From a virus, in the IMG/VR virus record IMGVR_UViG_3300009152_000041, positions 1,901 to 65,900 of that record: a DNA stretch of 64,000 bases. One strand, written 5' to 3'. Position 1 is the stretch's first letter, and each line of letters starts with the position of its first letter. Made by a program: the position numbers and the translations under genes. This document shows, piece by piece, positions 1-10,712 of the stretch. The notes below the pieces were generated by a model. That model made no database searches. It was not told the DNA's origin and saw nothing but the letters and a program-made list of their open reading frames with translations.

Positions 1-195
1 TTTTAATCTAGAGTAAGTTCGAAGAAATGTTATCTCTCCAACGGAGTTCCCAGCTGCATCCCTGTATCCAAATGGTGCAGACTTAGACCTATATGATTCT
101 ATGAAATCATCAGTTAACTTAAATAAGAACATAGAAGATTGCTTAGTGGCAATCGGTGTTAGATCTGGGTTTCCGTTTTCGATTTCTTCTGACAT
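1..195 (-). CDS. Partial CDS (N-terminus only, runs off the left edge). Possible ribonucleotide reductase N-terminus.
   Basis: ATG at 195-193 preceded by AAGGAG. Translation is MSEEIENGNPDL...FGYRDAAGNSVGEITFLRTYSRLK. The TF-x-RTYSR motif resembles the N-terminal motif I recall from class II (B12-dependent) ribonucleotide reductases. Not in the ORF track because it is truncated by the window edge. Confidence 0.4.
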   Translation of the reverse strand, partial: MSEEIENGNPDLTPIATKQSSMFLFKLTDDFIESYRSKSAPFGYRDAAGNSVGEITFLRTYSRLK

Positions 196-204
196 GCTAT
201 CTCC

Positions 205-909
205 TTATTTTGCTAATGCTAAAGTTTTTACGTACTTAGGGTTTAATTTTTCTATTTCTGTTTTCTTGATCTTTTTTATCTGATCATAATTATATACGTT
301 ATATATTTCTCTTTCGAAAAAATATCCACTTCTCCAGTTAAAAACTTTGTCTATTACATTCTTGTGATTTTGAAATACATTTGATATAACTGCACCACCA
401 TATATTCTAACTAGGTTTTGCATTTTCTTAGTTACGATATCTTTATTCTTGTCATTTAAATCACCGTTTTGTTCCGCCTGAGTATATAACCAATTAAAGC
501 TTTGTCTAGTTAATGGAGAGTAATCAATTGGATCGATGATGCCAATCGATAGTAACTCTTTTTGATTGGTTTGTATGTATAAATCTTTCTTAACTATTTC
601 TAAAAATAAAGAAAACCAATCTCTTTCCTTGTACTGATTCCAGGTAGGGCACCAAAATAGAATAAGGTGAACTGGATCAGGGATATTTGTTTTCTCCATA
701 GTTGGCAATAACATTGTGCAGGATATTGCTCTCTTTATATCTTCTTTACTTATGTCAGAATTCTTATTCTTGTTTTCAAGATTCATCCATAGTTTTGAAA
801 TGTGCGTTTTCCAATCTGCTTCACCTATATATAGGTTAAGATACTTTTCAGCAACATCTAATGGAAGGGCTTTGTCTCTAATTACTGTATTTAATTGATC
901 TAAAAACAT
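205..909 (-). CDS. Hypothetical protein (234 aa)
   Basis: Long ORF with an ATG start and TGAGGA-like SD. It lies downstream of the terminator that closes the structural operon. No recognisable motifs. Confidence 0.6.
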   Translation of the reverse strand: MFLDQLNTVIRDKALPLDVAEKYLNLYIGEADWKTHISKLWMNLENKNKNSDISKEDIKRAISCTMLLPTMEKTNIPDPVHLILFWCPTWNQYKERDWFSLFLEIVKKDLYIQTNQKELLSIGIIDPIDYSPLTRQSFNWLYTQAEQNGDLNDKNKDIVTKKMQNLVRIYGGAVISNVFQNHKNVIDKVFNWRSGYFFEREIYNVYNYDQIKKIKKTEIEKLNPKYVKTLALAK

Positions 910-970
910 TTATAATCCTCATTAACCCTAGACAAAACTACAAAAACTTATATAAGAGACCCTTTAAAAC

Positions 971-1002
971 AGTTATCCCGCCCTGATTGGGGCGGGATAA
1001 CT
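971..1002 (-). terminator. Rho-independent terminator closing the tail/lysis operon
   Basis: Perfect 13-bp GC-rich inverted repeat, agttatcccgccc (971-983) and gggcgggataact (990-1002), with a 6-nt loop. On the minus strand it is followed by GTTTTAAAGG. It sits about 80 nt after the holin-like stop codon. Confidence 0.65.
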
Positions 1003-1081
1003 ATCTTACGCTAAGTAGATGCGTCGGTTTCCGTACTGACAAGTATATCAGTTAGGATTTTTTTATGTTGTGTTTAACTAA

Positions 1082-1285
1082 TTATTTCAAAGTTGCAGCG
1101 GAGTCCTTGTCTCCAATTTTTGTTGCTGCGAATCCCTTGATAACGCTAAGCCCTGCTGCTGCTGCAGCTGTTGCTGCTGCTTTAGCTTGATCAACTCCAC
1201 CGACTGTATAAACAGCGATAAATGTTTGTGCTGCAGTCCAAAGGGCTCTTTCGAGTACGTCTTTAATTAATTTTTGATCTGGCAT
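1082..1285 (-). CDS. Holin, r1t-type family (67 aa)
   Basis: MPDQKLIKDVLERALWTAAQTFIAVYTVGG...AAAAGLSVIKGFAAT...DSAATLK resembles the ERAxKTFAQ...hydrophobic...taSl pattern of lactococcal phage r1t-type holins. Small, hydrophobic, and the last gene of the operon. Confidence 0.55.
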   Translation of the reverse strand: MPDQKLIKDVLERALWTAAQTFIAVYTVGGVDQAKAAATAAAAAGLSVIKGFAATKIGDKDSAATLK

Positions 1286-1300
1286 TTGTTTCTCCTATTG

Positions 1301-1891
1301 TTAGAGGGCTTTTGCTGACGGTACACCTTTGTACTCACCAACTTTATTGCGACCGTATTCACTAGCAGTATTAGCTTGTCCGTAACCTGACTTCATTACC
1401 TCTGTTGAAGCAACACCGTCAAAGATATAGTTATTATAAAGACTGTATGCAGTTACTCTCTTGGCGTGACCCATACCTGCAAATGCTTCTGCTGAAGTAA
1501 CACCATCAAAAATGTAGTTACTGTAATTACCATAGTACAGGCTGCGCTTAGCATGTCCGCCAGCAAGTGCTCTTATATCAGCAAGTCCCTTATATTCAAA
1601 AGGACGGAATCTAGTTCCCTCATAGGTTGCTGTACCATCGGCAAATGTACCCGCTAAAGGTGTAGTTTGAGCATAGAGGGTAGAGCCATTGAAGAGCTGC
1701 GATAGCAGGACGTTACCTGGATAGTTGCCAGTTCCTGGAGTGTGATGATTATCGGGACCACCGTCTAATACATGACTACCGCCCTTAAGAGGGTAGTAAG
1801 AGTATGTGCCGACGACGCCCTTTGGGCCGATCATATCAGCAGTTGTGCGCCCCTTCAGTACTGGTCTTGGACCAACGTAGTAAGTTGCCAT
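1301..1891 (-). CDS. Hypothetical protein (196 aa) with an internal duplicated motif
   Basis: ATG with AAGGAGAC SD. Contains a tandem duplication: GGHAKRSLYYGNYSNYIFDGVTSAEAF and GMGHAKRVTAYSLYNNYIFDGVASTEVM. Looks G+C-richer than its neighbours by eye. Confidence 0.6.
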   Translation of the reverse strand: MATYYVGPRPVLKGRTTADMIGPKGVVGTYSYYPLKGGSHVLDGGPDNHHTPGTGNYPGNVLLSQLFNGSTLYAQTTPLAGTFADGTATYEGTRFRPFEYKGLADIRALAGGHAKRSLYYGNYSNYIFDGVTSAEAFAGMGHAKRVTAYSLYNNYIFDGVASTEVMKSGYGQANTASEYGRNKVGEYKGVPSAKAL

Positions 1892-1920
1892 TTTATAGTC
1901 TCCTTAAAAGAATAATGTGC

Positions 1921-1934
1921 TATTTATAGTAAAA
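1921..1934 (-). promoter_or_regulatory. Candidate phage promoter motif TTTTACTATAAATA
   Basis: Minus-strand TACTATAAATA, which contains TATAAATA (the T4-type late promoter consensus), 30 nt upstream of the ATG at 1891. Belongs to the recurrent intergenic TACTATA family. Confidence 0.35.
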
Positions 1935-1962
1935 TGAAATAGCTACTTATTAACTATTAAAA

Positions 1963-3231
1963 TTAGCTATAATTAACTATTAGATCAGATAGGACTGGAG
2001 CTGTTCCGTCCCCAAGCTGATTCAGGGTTACTTCTATCCAGACTGAAGACGAACCGGAAACCTCATCAAGTGTATAAACTCCGCTATCCTTATAGATTAC
2101 CCTATAGCTGAAAGCCGTAGATATTAACTCCTCAGGAACATTATACATCTTTGGTATGACCTCGTCTACTGAATAGATCAATGTTCCTTCTGGGGCGGTG
2201 AACTTGATTATTGTTCTTCCAGTTTCCAAGAACCTTTGCGATCTTACATCTAGATCAGATAAGCCATATGTATATACGTATTTACCATTTTCTAAAATAT
2301 AATTTCTTTGTCTCATATTTATTCTAATTGCAGTAATCTTTATTGGAGGGAAATAGAATCCCATCGGCCCAGCATTGAGTACTATGTCCGAACCGGATAT
2401 TGACCATCCACCTGGAGCAACTCTACCTATCGCATCAGATTCGCTATCATATAGTCTATTAAAGTTTAAGGGAGTCCATCCATCAGACTCTTCCAAAGAT
2501 GGCTCTACCTTTGTCGTGTACTCAATCGAAAGAATGTCTACTCCGAATAATGGATATGGGGATAAAGATAAATAGTTTGATGTATCGGATCCAGAATAGG
2601 CATTAGGGATCTTGTAGTAGGCAAACATTTGAGCGCCGGATCCCAAAGCTGAGTCGGCTATGATATTTCGTTTCCAGAATTTATCAGACCTATCTAAAAG
2701 TGCGTGAAACATTGGACTAGTATCCACTAGTGCACCAGGTGTATCAACACTAACAAAGTCATTCTTTATTTTTGTTTCTAGAAAATCTGGAATTGTTTGT
2801 TCTCCTAAGCCGCTAAAAAACTTAAGCTTAGAATAAGAAGAACCATCAACCTTTGGCAGTGTTATTAGATTATACACATGATCAAAACTAAGTGCTTCAG
2901 AACTTGAGAGTGCAAACTGTGCGTCACTAACAAAACCAGCTACATCTATTTGAGAATAGCTATATATAGAGAGTTTTTTATAAGGTGAATCAGTATTATA
3001 TTCAATTGCCTTTACCCTATCTTCTAGATCTGCTATAGCTCTAGAGATAAATAAATGATCTTTTAATACTCTTTCAAAAGCCTGACTCAACTTCTGATCC
3101 AATACACCAGATCTATTATAGAGGTGAACTAAATCTTGATAGTTCTGTTCTGCCCTCATGTTAAAGTCAGCACTATCTACAGGACCGTTGTACTGTATTG
3201 TTTTATTTTCTGTGTTTAGGTAATCTGACAT
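1963..3231 (-). CDS. Hypothetical tail-fibre or baseplate-associated structural protein (422 aa)
   Basis: Long ORF in the distal structural module. No motif recognised, so the assignment rests on position only. Confidence 0.5.
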   Translation of the reverse strand: MSDYLNTENKTIQYNGPVDSADFNMRAEQNYQDLVHLYNRSGVLDQKLSQAFERVLKDHLFISRAIADLEDRVKAIEYNTDSPYKKLSIYSYSQIDVAGFVSDAQFALSSSEALSFDHVYNLITLPKVDGSSYSKLKFFSGLGEQTIPDFLETKIKNDFVSVDTPGALVDTSPMFHALLDRSDKFWKRNIIADSALGSGAQMFAYYKIPNAYSGSDTSNYLSLSPYPLFGVDILSIEYTTKVEPSLEESDGWTPLNFNRLYDSESDAIGRVAPGGWSISGSDIVLNAGPMGFYFPPIKITAIRINMRQRNYILENGKYVYTYGLSDLDVRSQRFLETGRTIIKFTAPEGTLIYSVDEVIPKMYNVPEELISTAFSYRVIYKDSGVYTLDEVSGSSSVWIEVTLNQLGDGTAPVLSDLIVNYS

Positions 3232-3240
3232 TTTAATTAA

Positions 3241-3666
3241 TTATCCAGTCTGTTTTTCTAATTTATTAATTTTATAAAATAATCTTGACAAACTTCCGCC
3301 AATTGTATCTGTAGTTTCCAGGTAATCTATTGTATCACTTGCACTATAGTCGTACATCGAAATTGAATCAGTAGAAAGGTCATAGACTCTACCATAGTAT
3401 TCTTCACCAGTTATCTCATCTGAAATAGTTCGGATTTCATGGGTTTCATCTTTTTCCGCTCCTAGAAAAATCTTTACTTTATCAATTATAGCTGTATCAA
3501 GAAGTTCTAATTCTAAATACAGTCTGTTCATATCCATATAAACTTTTTGATTAAAGAGATTTTCCTGTCCGCTCTTCCTTGGAGATCTATAAAATGATCT
3601 AAACCTCTTAACTAATGGTTCTCTAATTATTTTTTTACTATTTGGATCTAGATAACTTATCGGCAT
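3241..3666 (-). CDS. Hypothetical structural-module protein (141 aa)
   Basis: ATG with GGAGACAC SD. Assignment rests on position only. Confidence 0.5.
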   Translation of the reverse strand: MPISYLDPNSKKIIREPLVKRFRSFYRSPRKSGQENLFNQKVYMDMNRLYLELELLDTAIIDKVKIFLGAEKDETHEIRTISDEITGEEYYGRVYDLSTDSISMYDYSASDTIDYLETTDTIGGSLSRLFYKINKLEKQTG

Positions 3667-3684
3667 GTGTGTCTCCTACTTTGG

Positions 3685-3695
3685 ATATAGTAAAC
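3685..3695 (-). promoter_or_regulatory. Candidate phage promoter motif GTTTACTATATCC
   Basis: Minus-strand TACTATAT, 19 nt upstream of the ATG at 3666, in the 30-nt intergenic spacer. Confidence 0.3.
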
Positions 3696-3696
3696 T

Positions 3697-5922
3697 TTAA
3701 TATTCACTTGTTGTTGAATTATTATCGGATAATTCATTTGCTGATATATCAGAATAATTTTCGGAATTCTTAAACTTTAATTTAAAATAATCAATAGTTG
3801 GAGAAGACAGCGGATTTCTACTTCTGGATATGTCGGCTCTAAATCTTAGAGCAGTTACTGGGTTTGGGTTGTTCGAATAATAAAATAATCTTGAATTACT
3901 GTTAATATTATCTCTGCACAAGATTTCTTTATTGCCGAAAAAATTTTCGACAGTAAACACCTTGTCGTATGTTGATCTGTTGACCTTAAACTCAATTGGG
4001 TCTACATAGCCGTAGTATTGACTATAAACTAAACCATAATCTAATAATGATTTAGAATCCATTAAACTGATTGAACCGTTTGCACTATCCTTTATATCTA
4101 TAGCTACCTTAATTGTGTTGATTCCCGCTTTGAAGTTCCATTCAATCAACTCTGAAGTTACCCCAGAAGGAACACTTGATGGCCTTCCATTTAGGTAGAC
4201 TGCAACATCCCAGCTCTTCGAAACGCTATCATTTTTAACCAACAAGTGTCTAATGGTGATATCATTAGCGCAGAATATTTTAGTTTCCAATAAAACGCTA
4301 ATTGATTTTAAGTTTGGACCAGAAAAAAATATAGAATTATTAGATATTTCATAAGATGGTATAGAGAATATTTGTCTAACACTTGATTTTCCAGATAAAA
4401 TATTTCCCCAAGTAGCTAAAGAATCGTTTTCATTATAAATACTATTTTGATAATTTATATAATTACCAGAAACTGAATTTATACCATCTAGTAGATAAGA
4501 ACTAACCGGGTTATCCAATTGATCAAGCTTTGCTATTCTATATATTGTTTGATTTGGATATAAATCAACTGTTGGATTTTGCTCATTTAAGTTCTTAGAA
4601 GTATTTTTTGAAACTAATGGTATTTTATTTAAAGAGTTTGTAGAGTTTTCTACACCATCTAATATCTTTTTTGATTTTAAAGAAGAGCCAGAAAAATTAA
4701 CTGTTGTAGAAAAAGAGTTTTGAGTACTTTGTTCTGAAGAAATTGGAATCCAAGAAAAATCAGATATTGATTGAGCGGACGCGTTATCTTCTGCTACAAA
4801 ATAATTAACTGAACCATCCTGTGAATTTTCTCCAACATCTATCGATACAGCGTCGATCACCAAGTTGCTATTGTCATTTGAATTTAATGATATCGGAGCA
4901 GATACAAACGATGCAGATTTATCATAGTATTGTCCACTTATAGCTATGTCTCTAATGCCATATCTATATCCATATCTGCTAGCTCTGTTGTCTTCTATGA
5001 CGTCTGGTTCTGTTTTAACAAAGAATATATCTATTGAACCAACGTTACCTGGATCAAAGCTAAAAGAAAATCTATCATAATCTTTAGTAGATTTTTTATT
5101 CAACACCTCAGACACCTTGTTGGGGTCGGTGTAGTTTACCTTCACGTAGATATCAGTTGGGGAAATAGTATTTAATCTTCCCTCTATCTTTGATAAGATA
5201 ACATTTTTAGCTATAGGTAAGTTGATTGAAAAGCTAACTAAGCCTATAGTGTCAAAATAAAATACGTTTTGCCATTCAGTATTTTCTAAACCATCAAAAA
5301 CAGATCCAAAAAAAGAATCGTCAGAAAACTTCTTATTTAAATCTATTTGCGTTTTATTAAAACTCAGAGAATATGTTGGTGCGCTTGCCACAACTGAACT
5401 AGTGGAAAGTAAATCAAAAACCGAAGACTTTAATGTTGGTAATGAAACTTTACCGTTAACTGTGTCGACAAAAGCTGAAGTATAATTTAGATCAGATCCA
5501 CTTGTTGAGGCAAAGTTGTCTGAGTATGCTGCATAGTATCCTTCTGAATTTTGATTAGCAAAAATTAAGTCATCCACTTTATTTTCTAACATCATTCTTT
5601 TAGACTTTAAGTTATTTAATCTTTTATTTAATGCTGTTGCTACAGTCATTAAATCATCAGAATTTTCAAATATAGAATCATACAAAACTTCTATATTAAA
5701 AAGAGTATGTAGCATCTTTTGATTAAAAATTTCAACTTGACCAAATGCCATCTGTCTAAATATTTGAGCATTTATATCTAATGGTTGCCCTGGCTCATAC
5801 TTAGAAAAGTACTTAGAAAAGAACTCTAATATTTCCTGCTCGTTAGGCTTGTTTCCACCAGCATAAAGGCTCTTGTATAAAGTGCTTAAGAATTTTTCCT
5901 TTTGTATATTGCTTATCGTCAT
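3697..5922 (-). CDS. Hypothetical large structural protein (741 aa), fibre or baseplate-like
   Basis: Long Ser/Asn-rich ORF. Its start forms an ATGA overlap with the upstream stop. Confidence 0.55.
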   Translation of the reverse strand: MTISNIQKEKFLSTLYKSLYAGGNKPNEQEILEFFSKYFSKYEPGQPLDINAQIFRQMAFGQVEIFNQKMLHTLFNIEVLYDSIFENSDDLMTVATALNKRLNNLKSKRMMLENKVDDLIFANQNSEGYYAAYSDNFASTSGSDLNYTSAFVDTVNGKVSLPTLKSSVFDLLSTSSVVASAPTYSLSFNKTQIDLNKKFSDDSFFGSVFDGLENTEWQNVFYFDTIGLVSFSINLPIAKNVILSKIEGRLNTISPTDIYVKVNYTDPNKVSEVLNKKSTKDYDRFSFSFDPGNVGSIDIFFVKTEPDVIEDNRASRYGYRYGIRDIAISGQYYDKSASFVSAPISLNSNDNSNLVIDAVSIDVGENSQDGSVNYFVAEDNASAQSISDFSWIPISSEQSTQNSFSTTVNFSGSSLKSKKILDGVENSTNSLNKIPLVSKNTSKNLNEQNPTVDLYPNQTIYRIAKLDQLDNPVSSYLLDGINSVSGNYINYQNSIYNENDSLATWGNILSGKSSVRQIFSIPSYEISNNSIFFSGPNLKSISVLLETKIFCANDITIRHLLVKNDSVSKSWDVAVYLNGRPSSVPSGVTSELIEWNFKAGINTIKVAIDIKDSANGSISLMDSKSLLDYGLVYSQYYGYVDPIEFKVNRSTYDKVFTVENFFGNKEILCRDNINSNSRLFYYSNNPNPVTALRFRADISRSRNPLSSPTIDYFKLKFKNSENYSDISANELSDNNSTTSEY

Positions 5923-8076
5923 AATTGCTCAACTCTTCCGGCTATTTGATATGAGTAAATAACAGGTGTAGTGTTTTCATATCTTGGTTTTTCTATATCA
6001 ATTTTTATTCTGATTGACTTTGTATCAGATGGTATGTCTGGAGAGTTGAAATATGAAACTCCCTTTACTTGACCAAAGCTTTCTATATTTTCATTAAATG
6101 ATAATATTTCAGGAATGCCATTGAACGGATCTTCTATCGGAGAAATTTGTATCCACTTTTTCCCGTCATCTATTGATATGTAATATTTAATGTAACTTAT
6201 ATTTGAGTTGCCACCCTGAAGGCTGAATACCGTATCAGAAGATACGGTTAAATTTTTTACATTGTAACCAAATACAAATGGCTTAGATATTAACTGAGCT
6301 TTTTGTGCATATACGCTATAGTTAACGTCTATAGATCTAAGTCCTATCGTAAATCTTTTAGCTGGATAAATTTCAAAATTTCTTTGAAGCAGGATGGAAG
6401 ACGTTGAATATTTAGGTGATAGATCTGACTTAATTGTTTCTACTGCTAAATCTTGAAAGTTAGAACCAGACCATTCTGCGTTTGATATTTTTGCCTGTAT
6501 ATATGTTTTTGCCGTTTCAGCAGCAATCAAGCTTTCGTATTGAAAAGCTAAAGTAATATCAGACACAGCTGCTAATTCTTGCTGCTTAGCCAAAGTCTGA
6601 TAGGCTATTGCTGGGTTTACGTAATAGTATTTTTGCAAAGATGGAGCTGCAGAAGAATTTAATCTCTTAAAAGTTACAACATGCCTCTCTATTTTTATGG
6701 CTTCTTTGTATGTGATATTAATCTTCTTTGTTGCAAGACTAGATTGATCTTTTGAAACATTGGGGCGCAAAATGCTTGGAACTAAATCTAAATAATTAAA
6801 TTGAACATCTTGAAAACCAATAGCACTAAGTCCAGCTGGATCAAATCTACTATTAGTATTTAGTGGAGCAAGAGATCCGGTATTTGAAAACGGTTTCCAA
6901 TACATGTGCTGCATTGTTATATCAGAGTAGTCTGATTGCTCTAACTTAACAGTTATTTCTGATGTAACTATTTCATTAAAGTAAACTACTGCTTTATTAT
7001 AGTAGTAATTTTTTTTAGATTCAATATTTTGAGGAATGAAATTAGAACCTATATAAAGCGGAGAATCTAAAAGCTCAACAGTTTGATTTGTTATTTTAGA
7101 AATTGCAGTTATAGAAGAAACTTTTAATTCAGAATATGGAGCTCCGACTTTGTCCAAAATAAGGAACTATAGATATAGAATTTGTTTTTTTTGAAGAATC
7201 TGTTCTTATTTTTAAGGTTAGCTTAAGTGGTTCTTTGAGAATTTTTTCTGACCAATTTTTATAAACAGTATCTGTTTTTCCATCTGTTGAGATTTTAGAA
7301 GAATATGTAAACTCAAAATCTTTTGCTCCGTTTTTATTTTTTAGTATTGGGTCTATGTATATTCCCTCATACTCAAAATATGTTAAAGGGTTAGAATCAG
7401 TTACGTTCTGCAAGAGTCCCACAGAGTTATTGTCCTGGAACATGTAACGATAGTTTGAATCTATATTCTCTTTCGCATACACCATATGATTATTCCCAAT
7501 GAATCCATTAGACTCTTTTTCATCAATTGAAATTGATCTAACGCTCCAAGCATTTGTGTCGATAACTGGAAGCGATGCGTTTCCGTTTCTAATCGATGCA
7601 ATGAGGTTTTTGGGTGTTTTTTCTACATCTATAAAATCCATATTCTCAAATGAGTCACCAAAGTAATACAGATCTTCACTAGGTGCTTCTGAGTAAGCCT
7701 GAAGTATTCTTACTTTTGACTTAATTCTATTAGCAAATTGGTTTTCTTTTTCTATTTCAGAGTTAAATAAATTATACAAAGATACCAACTGCGCACTCTG
7801 ATAATCAAGTTGCTTAGCTATTATGTTTAAATCATCTGCAACCCCAGAAATAAATGCATTGAACTTTTTAGAAGATGGTGGCTCACCTTTTATTACTTGA
7901 TTATATTTTGCTATTGGATCAGTCGAGTATTTATTTATCTCAGTTATGAGTATGTGAAATTCTTCTGACATATCTTCATATGAGCTAACTGTATTTTGGG
8001 AATACTTCCTTAGAAAGGATTGTACCTTCTTAATAAGCTGATCGTAGAATACTGTATTTGTAGATAGTTGAGCCAT
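5919..8076 (-). CDS. Structural protein, proposed single ~718-aa product from ORFs 7129..8076 and 5919..7157 joined by a +1 shift at CGG_A (7146-7143)
   Basis: The upstream ORF reads ...CAA AGT CGG AGC TCC ATA TTC TGA. The +1 frame from GGA (GGA GCT CCA TAT...) is the 412-aa ORF. That ORF's only possible start is a TTG with no SD four codons upstream, and its next in-frame Met is about 80 codons downstream. Confidence 0.6.
7143..7146 (-). other. Candidate +1 recoding site AGT CGG A
   Basis: In-frame CGG (codon 311 of ORF 7129..8076). The 0-frame stop follows 4 codons later. The +1 frame is open only from 12 codons upstream of the site. Confidence 0.6.
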
Positions 8077-8078
8077 TT

Positions 8079-10712
8079 TTATCCCAATCTTAAAAGATTA
8101 TTTGCCATATGATCAGAGTTTTTTGTTTTAAACTTAAGTATAACATTGTCTACTGAACCAGATGAAAAATAGTTATTAAAATTATTTCTTATAATTAATC
8201 TGAATCTTACTTGACTATTTAAATATTCATATATAACGTTAAAAGGTTGAGTAATAGCTTTATTGAAGATGATATTCTTTCCATTATGGAAGAATAGAAC
8301 TTCCTGAGTATCATAAAATTCACCCTTTTCAAAACTACCTAATTTATAGTTAGTAAGATTAGTAGCATATGAACCATCAGAAAACTTTACAAGCACTGGA
8401 GTATAACCGGTGTACTCTATCGTGTTAATAGTACCACCTCTTTGACTGTAAGAAGCCTTTTTTAGCTTATCATAGTTTATATATGGTTGATTAACTAATT
8501 TGATACCATTATTTGATGCAGTTCTTTCAAAGAACTCACCATTTTTATCATTAGAATAAGCCGATAAGGTTTGATTGCCAGCCAAAAGCGTAGATATATC
8601 TATGTAATTTTGAGTAAAGTTAACGTTGTCTGCTGTATAACTAGCAACGTAATTATTCTTTGGATCAAAAGAATTTATATAAATTGATCTATTAAACTTG
8701 TTTACAGTATATTGACTTTCTGGAATTAATTTTTGATTTGAGTATATTTTTATAGATGTATCAATTGGAAAAAATCTAAAAAATGCTGTTTTACTTATTG
8801 AATCAAAAAATAAAAATTCAGAGTTAATGTCATTGTTATCATAAGAGATGATTGGTATCCAGTCATTTTCTGAAGTTGGATTTTCTTTTATTGAAATTGA
8901 TAATTCATATGAGTTTGCTTCCTTAAGATCAAAATCTGGAAGCGCCTTACTCTCATCAACTTTTTCTAGATTCAACTTAGCCTTAACAGCTAGGGGATTC
9001 CCGTCTATTGGAATTTTAGAACTGATAAAGCATGCTTTATTAGTGGAGGGTGAGTTTGTTGCATTTGAGATCTGCCTTGTCTTACCAAATTGCACTCCCT
9101 TTAATGAAAAAGAATACATATAATTTTCTACATTTTGATTTTTGTTTCTTAACATATTCGTAGAATAAATATTTGATCCTGACATAATGGCATCGTCTGA
9201 AAAGCTTACTAGATTTTTATCTAATGAGTTTGAATTCTTACTTAGAATACTTGGAGAATTTCCTACCTTACCAAGAAGTCCACCCCTATTATTTAATCTG
9301 CTATCTACAAATAATGAATCATCAAACAACTTAAATCTATCACCTAGTGTTTGTGACACTATATTTTTTACCATAACAGAAAGATGGTTACTAGACGACA
9401 GGCGATTTTCCTGGTCTAAAGATATTGAATTATTTTTTTCATTTAAAAATGGTTGGGATCCAACTTTGCCAATTGGATATTTATATGTATAGTAATCAGT
9501 GTATGCATATGAATTTCTTTTTGCTTCATCTATTGAATTAAATTTTCTAAAATATTCTAGGACTATGTCTTGAAGTTTACTGTGATTATTCTTCTTACTT
9601 TTCCTTATACCATTTAGTAATTCATGAATTAGCCTTGAAGATACTTCATCTGAAGTTGGTGAAATAGTATTTTTCTTATACGTGCTTTGATTAAATATAA
9701 GCGTTATACTCTTTACTTTATCTAAAGGAAAGCTAATGTCTAATACAGAGTTTATCTTTACTGGAGATAAAAGAATTTTCTTTTTTTGATAACCAGAGCT
9801 AGGAACATTAGAATTGCTTGAATAGATTCTTTCTGCTATATTTGCTGATTCTACAACTACTTGCATTAGCTGCAGTCCATCATATTCATTAGGATTTATT
9901 CTAATTAAATCTATTTCAATTTCTTTTATAAAGTTAATTGTCATTACAGTTTTAGCACCAACTATATAAGAGTAGTCATAGTCTATGTTTTGAGAAAATG
10001 ATGGTGGGATAGAAGTTAATACTGTTGGTGATTGAACTGAGATATTCCATACGTTCGACTGTTTCTCGTTAAATAAAGATTCATAATCAGTTATGGAAGA
10101 GATATATTGATTATAGTTAGTTTCGTAGTCTACTGATTTTACAAAACCTATAGCATTGATAAAATCAATGCCGTTGCCAATTTTAAACTTTGAAACAATT
10201 GGATCAACAAAACCGTTTCCACTTTCATCAAAAGCAACTCCGCCTCTATCGACAAAGGGAACTGGAGAAGTGTCATATGTATTTGATTTTAGAAAATCAT
10301 TAAAATTTTCTATATAAGAGTCATTATAAAGATCATCTTTTCCTGAAATAAAATCATAGTTATCTATATAATTTTCTAAAAGAGAAATATTTTTTTCTAT
10401 TTTTGCTACTTGAGATGACATGACTTCTATCATCGAGTTTAAAGATACGCTAATTGAATTAGATGCCGAAAAGTATCTATCAAATCTTATTTGTACATCT
10501 CTAAAAATATCAACAAAGAATTCAGATTCTATAATAGCCCTAGACCTCATTAAGGCTGGGGCAAAGTCTGCTCCAACAGAAAAATTAGAAAGACTTTTAA
10601 CTAATTCTGCTACCTGTGCTTTATCGGCTTTAATGCTTTTAATTAAATAGCCAACACTTTGCTGGGAATTGTCAGAAAATGTTTTAATTATACTAGGAAG
10701 AAAGTTAATCAT
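8079..10712 (-). CDS. Hypothetical large structural protein (~877 aa)
   Basis: The ORF track begins at a TTG (10727). The ATG at 10712 forms an ATGA overlap with the upstream TGA and is the more likely start. Confidence 0.6.
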   Translation of the reverse strand: MINFLPSIIKTFSDNSQQSVGYLIKSIKADKAQVAELVKSLSNFSVGADFAPALMRSRAIIESEFFVDIFRDVQIRFDRYFSASNSISVSLNSMIEVMSSQVAKIEKNISLLENYIDNYDFISGKDDLYNDSYIENFNDFLKSNTYDTSPVPFVDRGGVAFDESGNGFVDPIVSKFKIGNGIDFINAIGFVKSVDYETNYNQYISSITDYESLFNEKQSNVWNISVQSPTVLTSIPPSFSQNIDYDYSYIVGAKTVMTINFIKEIEIDLIRINPNEYDGLQLMQVVVESANIAERIYSSNSNVPSSGYQKKKILLSPVKINSVLDISFPLDKVKSITLIFNQSTYKKNTISPTSDEVSSRLIHELLNGIRKSKKNNHSKLQDIVLEYFRKFNSIDEAKRNSYAYTDYYTYKYPIGKVGSQPFLNEKNNSISLDQENRLSSSNHLSVMVKNIVSQTLGDRFKLFDDSLFVDSRLNNRGGLLGKVGNSPSILSKNSNSLDKNLVSFSDDAIMSGSNIYSTNMLRNKNQNVENYMYSFSLKGVQFGKTRQISNATNSPSTNKACFISSKIPIDGNPLAVKAKLNLEKVDESKALPDFDLKEANSYELSISIKENPTSENDWIPIISYDNNDINSEFLFFDSISKTAFFRFFPIDTSIKIYSNQKLIPESQYTVNKFNRSIYINSFDPKNNYVASYTADNVNFTQNYIDISTLLAGNQTLSAYSNDKNGEFFERTASNNGIKLVNQPYINYDKLKKASYSQRGGTINTIEYTGYTPVLVKFSDGSYATNLTNYKLGSFEKGEFYDTQEVLFFHNGKNIIFNKAITQPFNVIYEYLNSQVRFRLIIRNNFNNYFSSGSVDNVILKFKTKNSDHMANNLLRLG

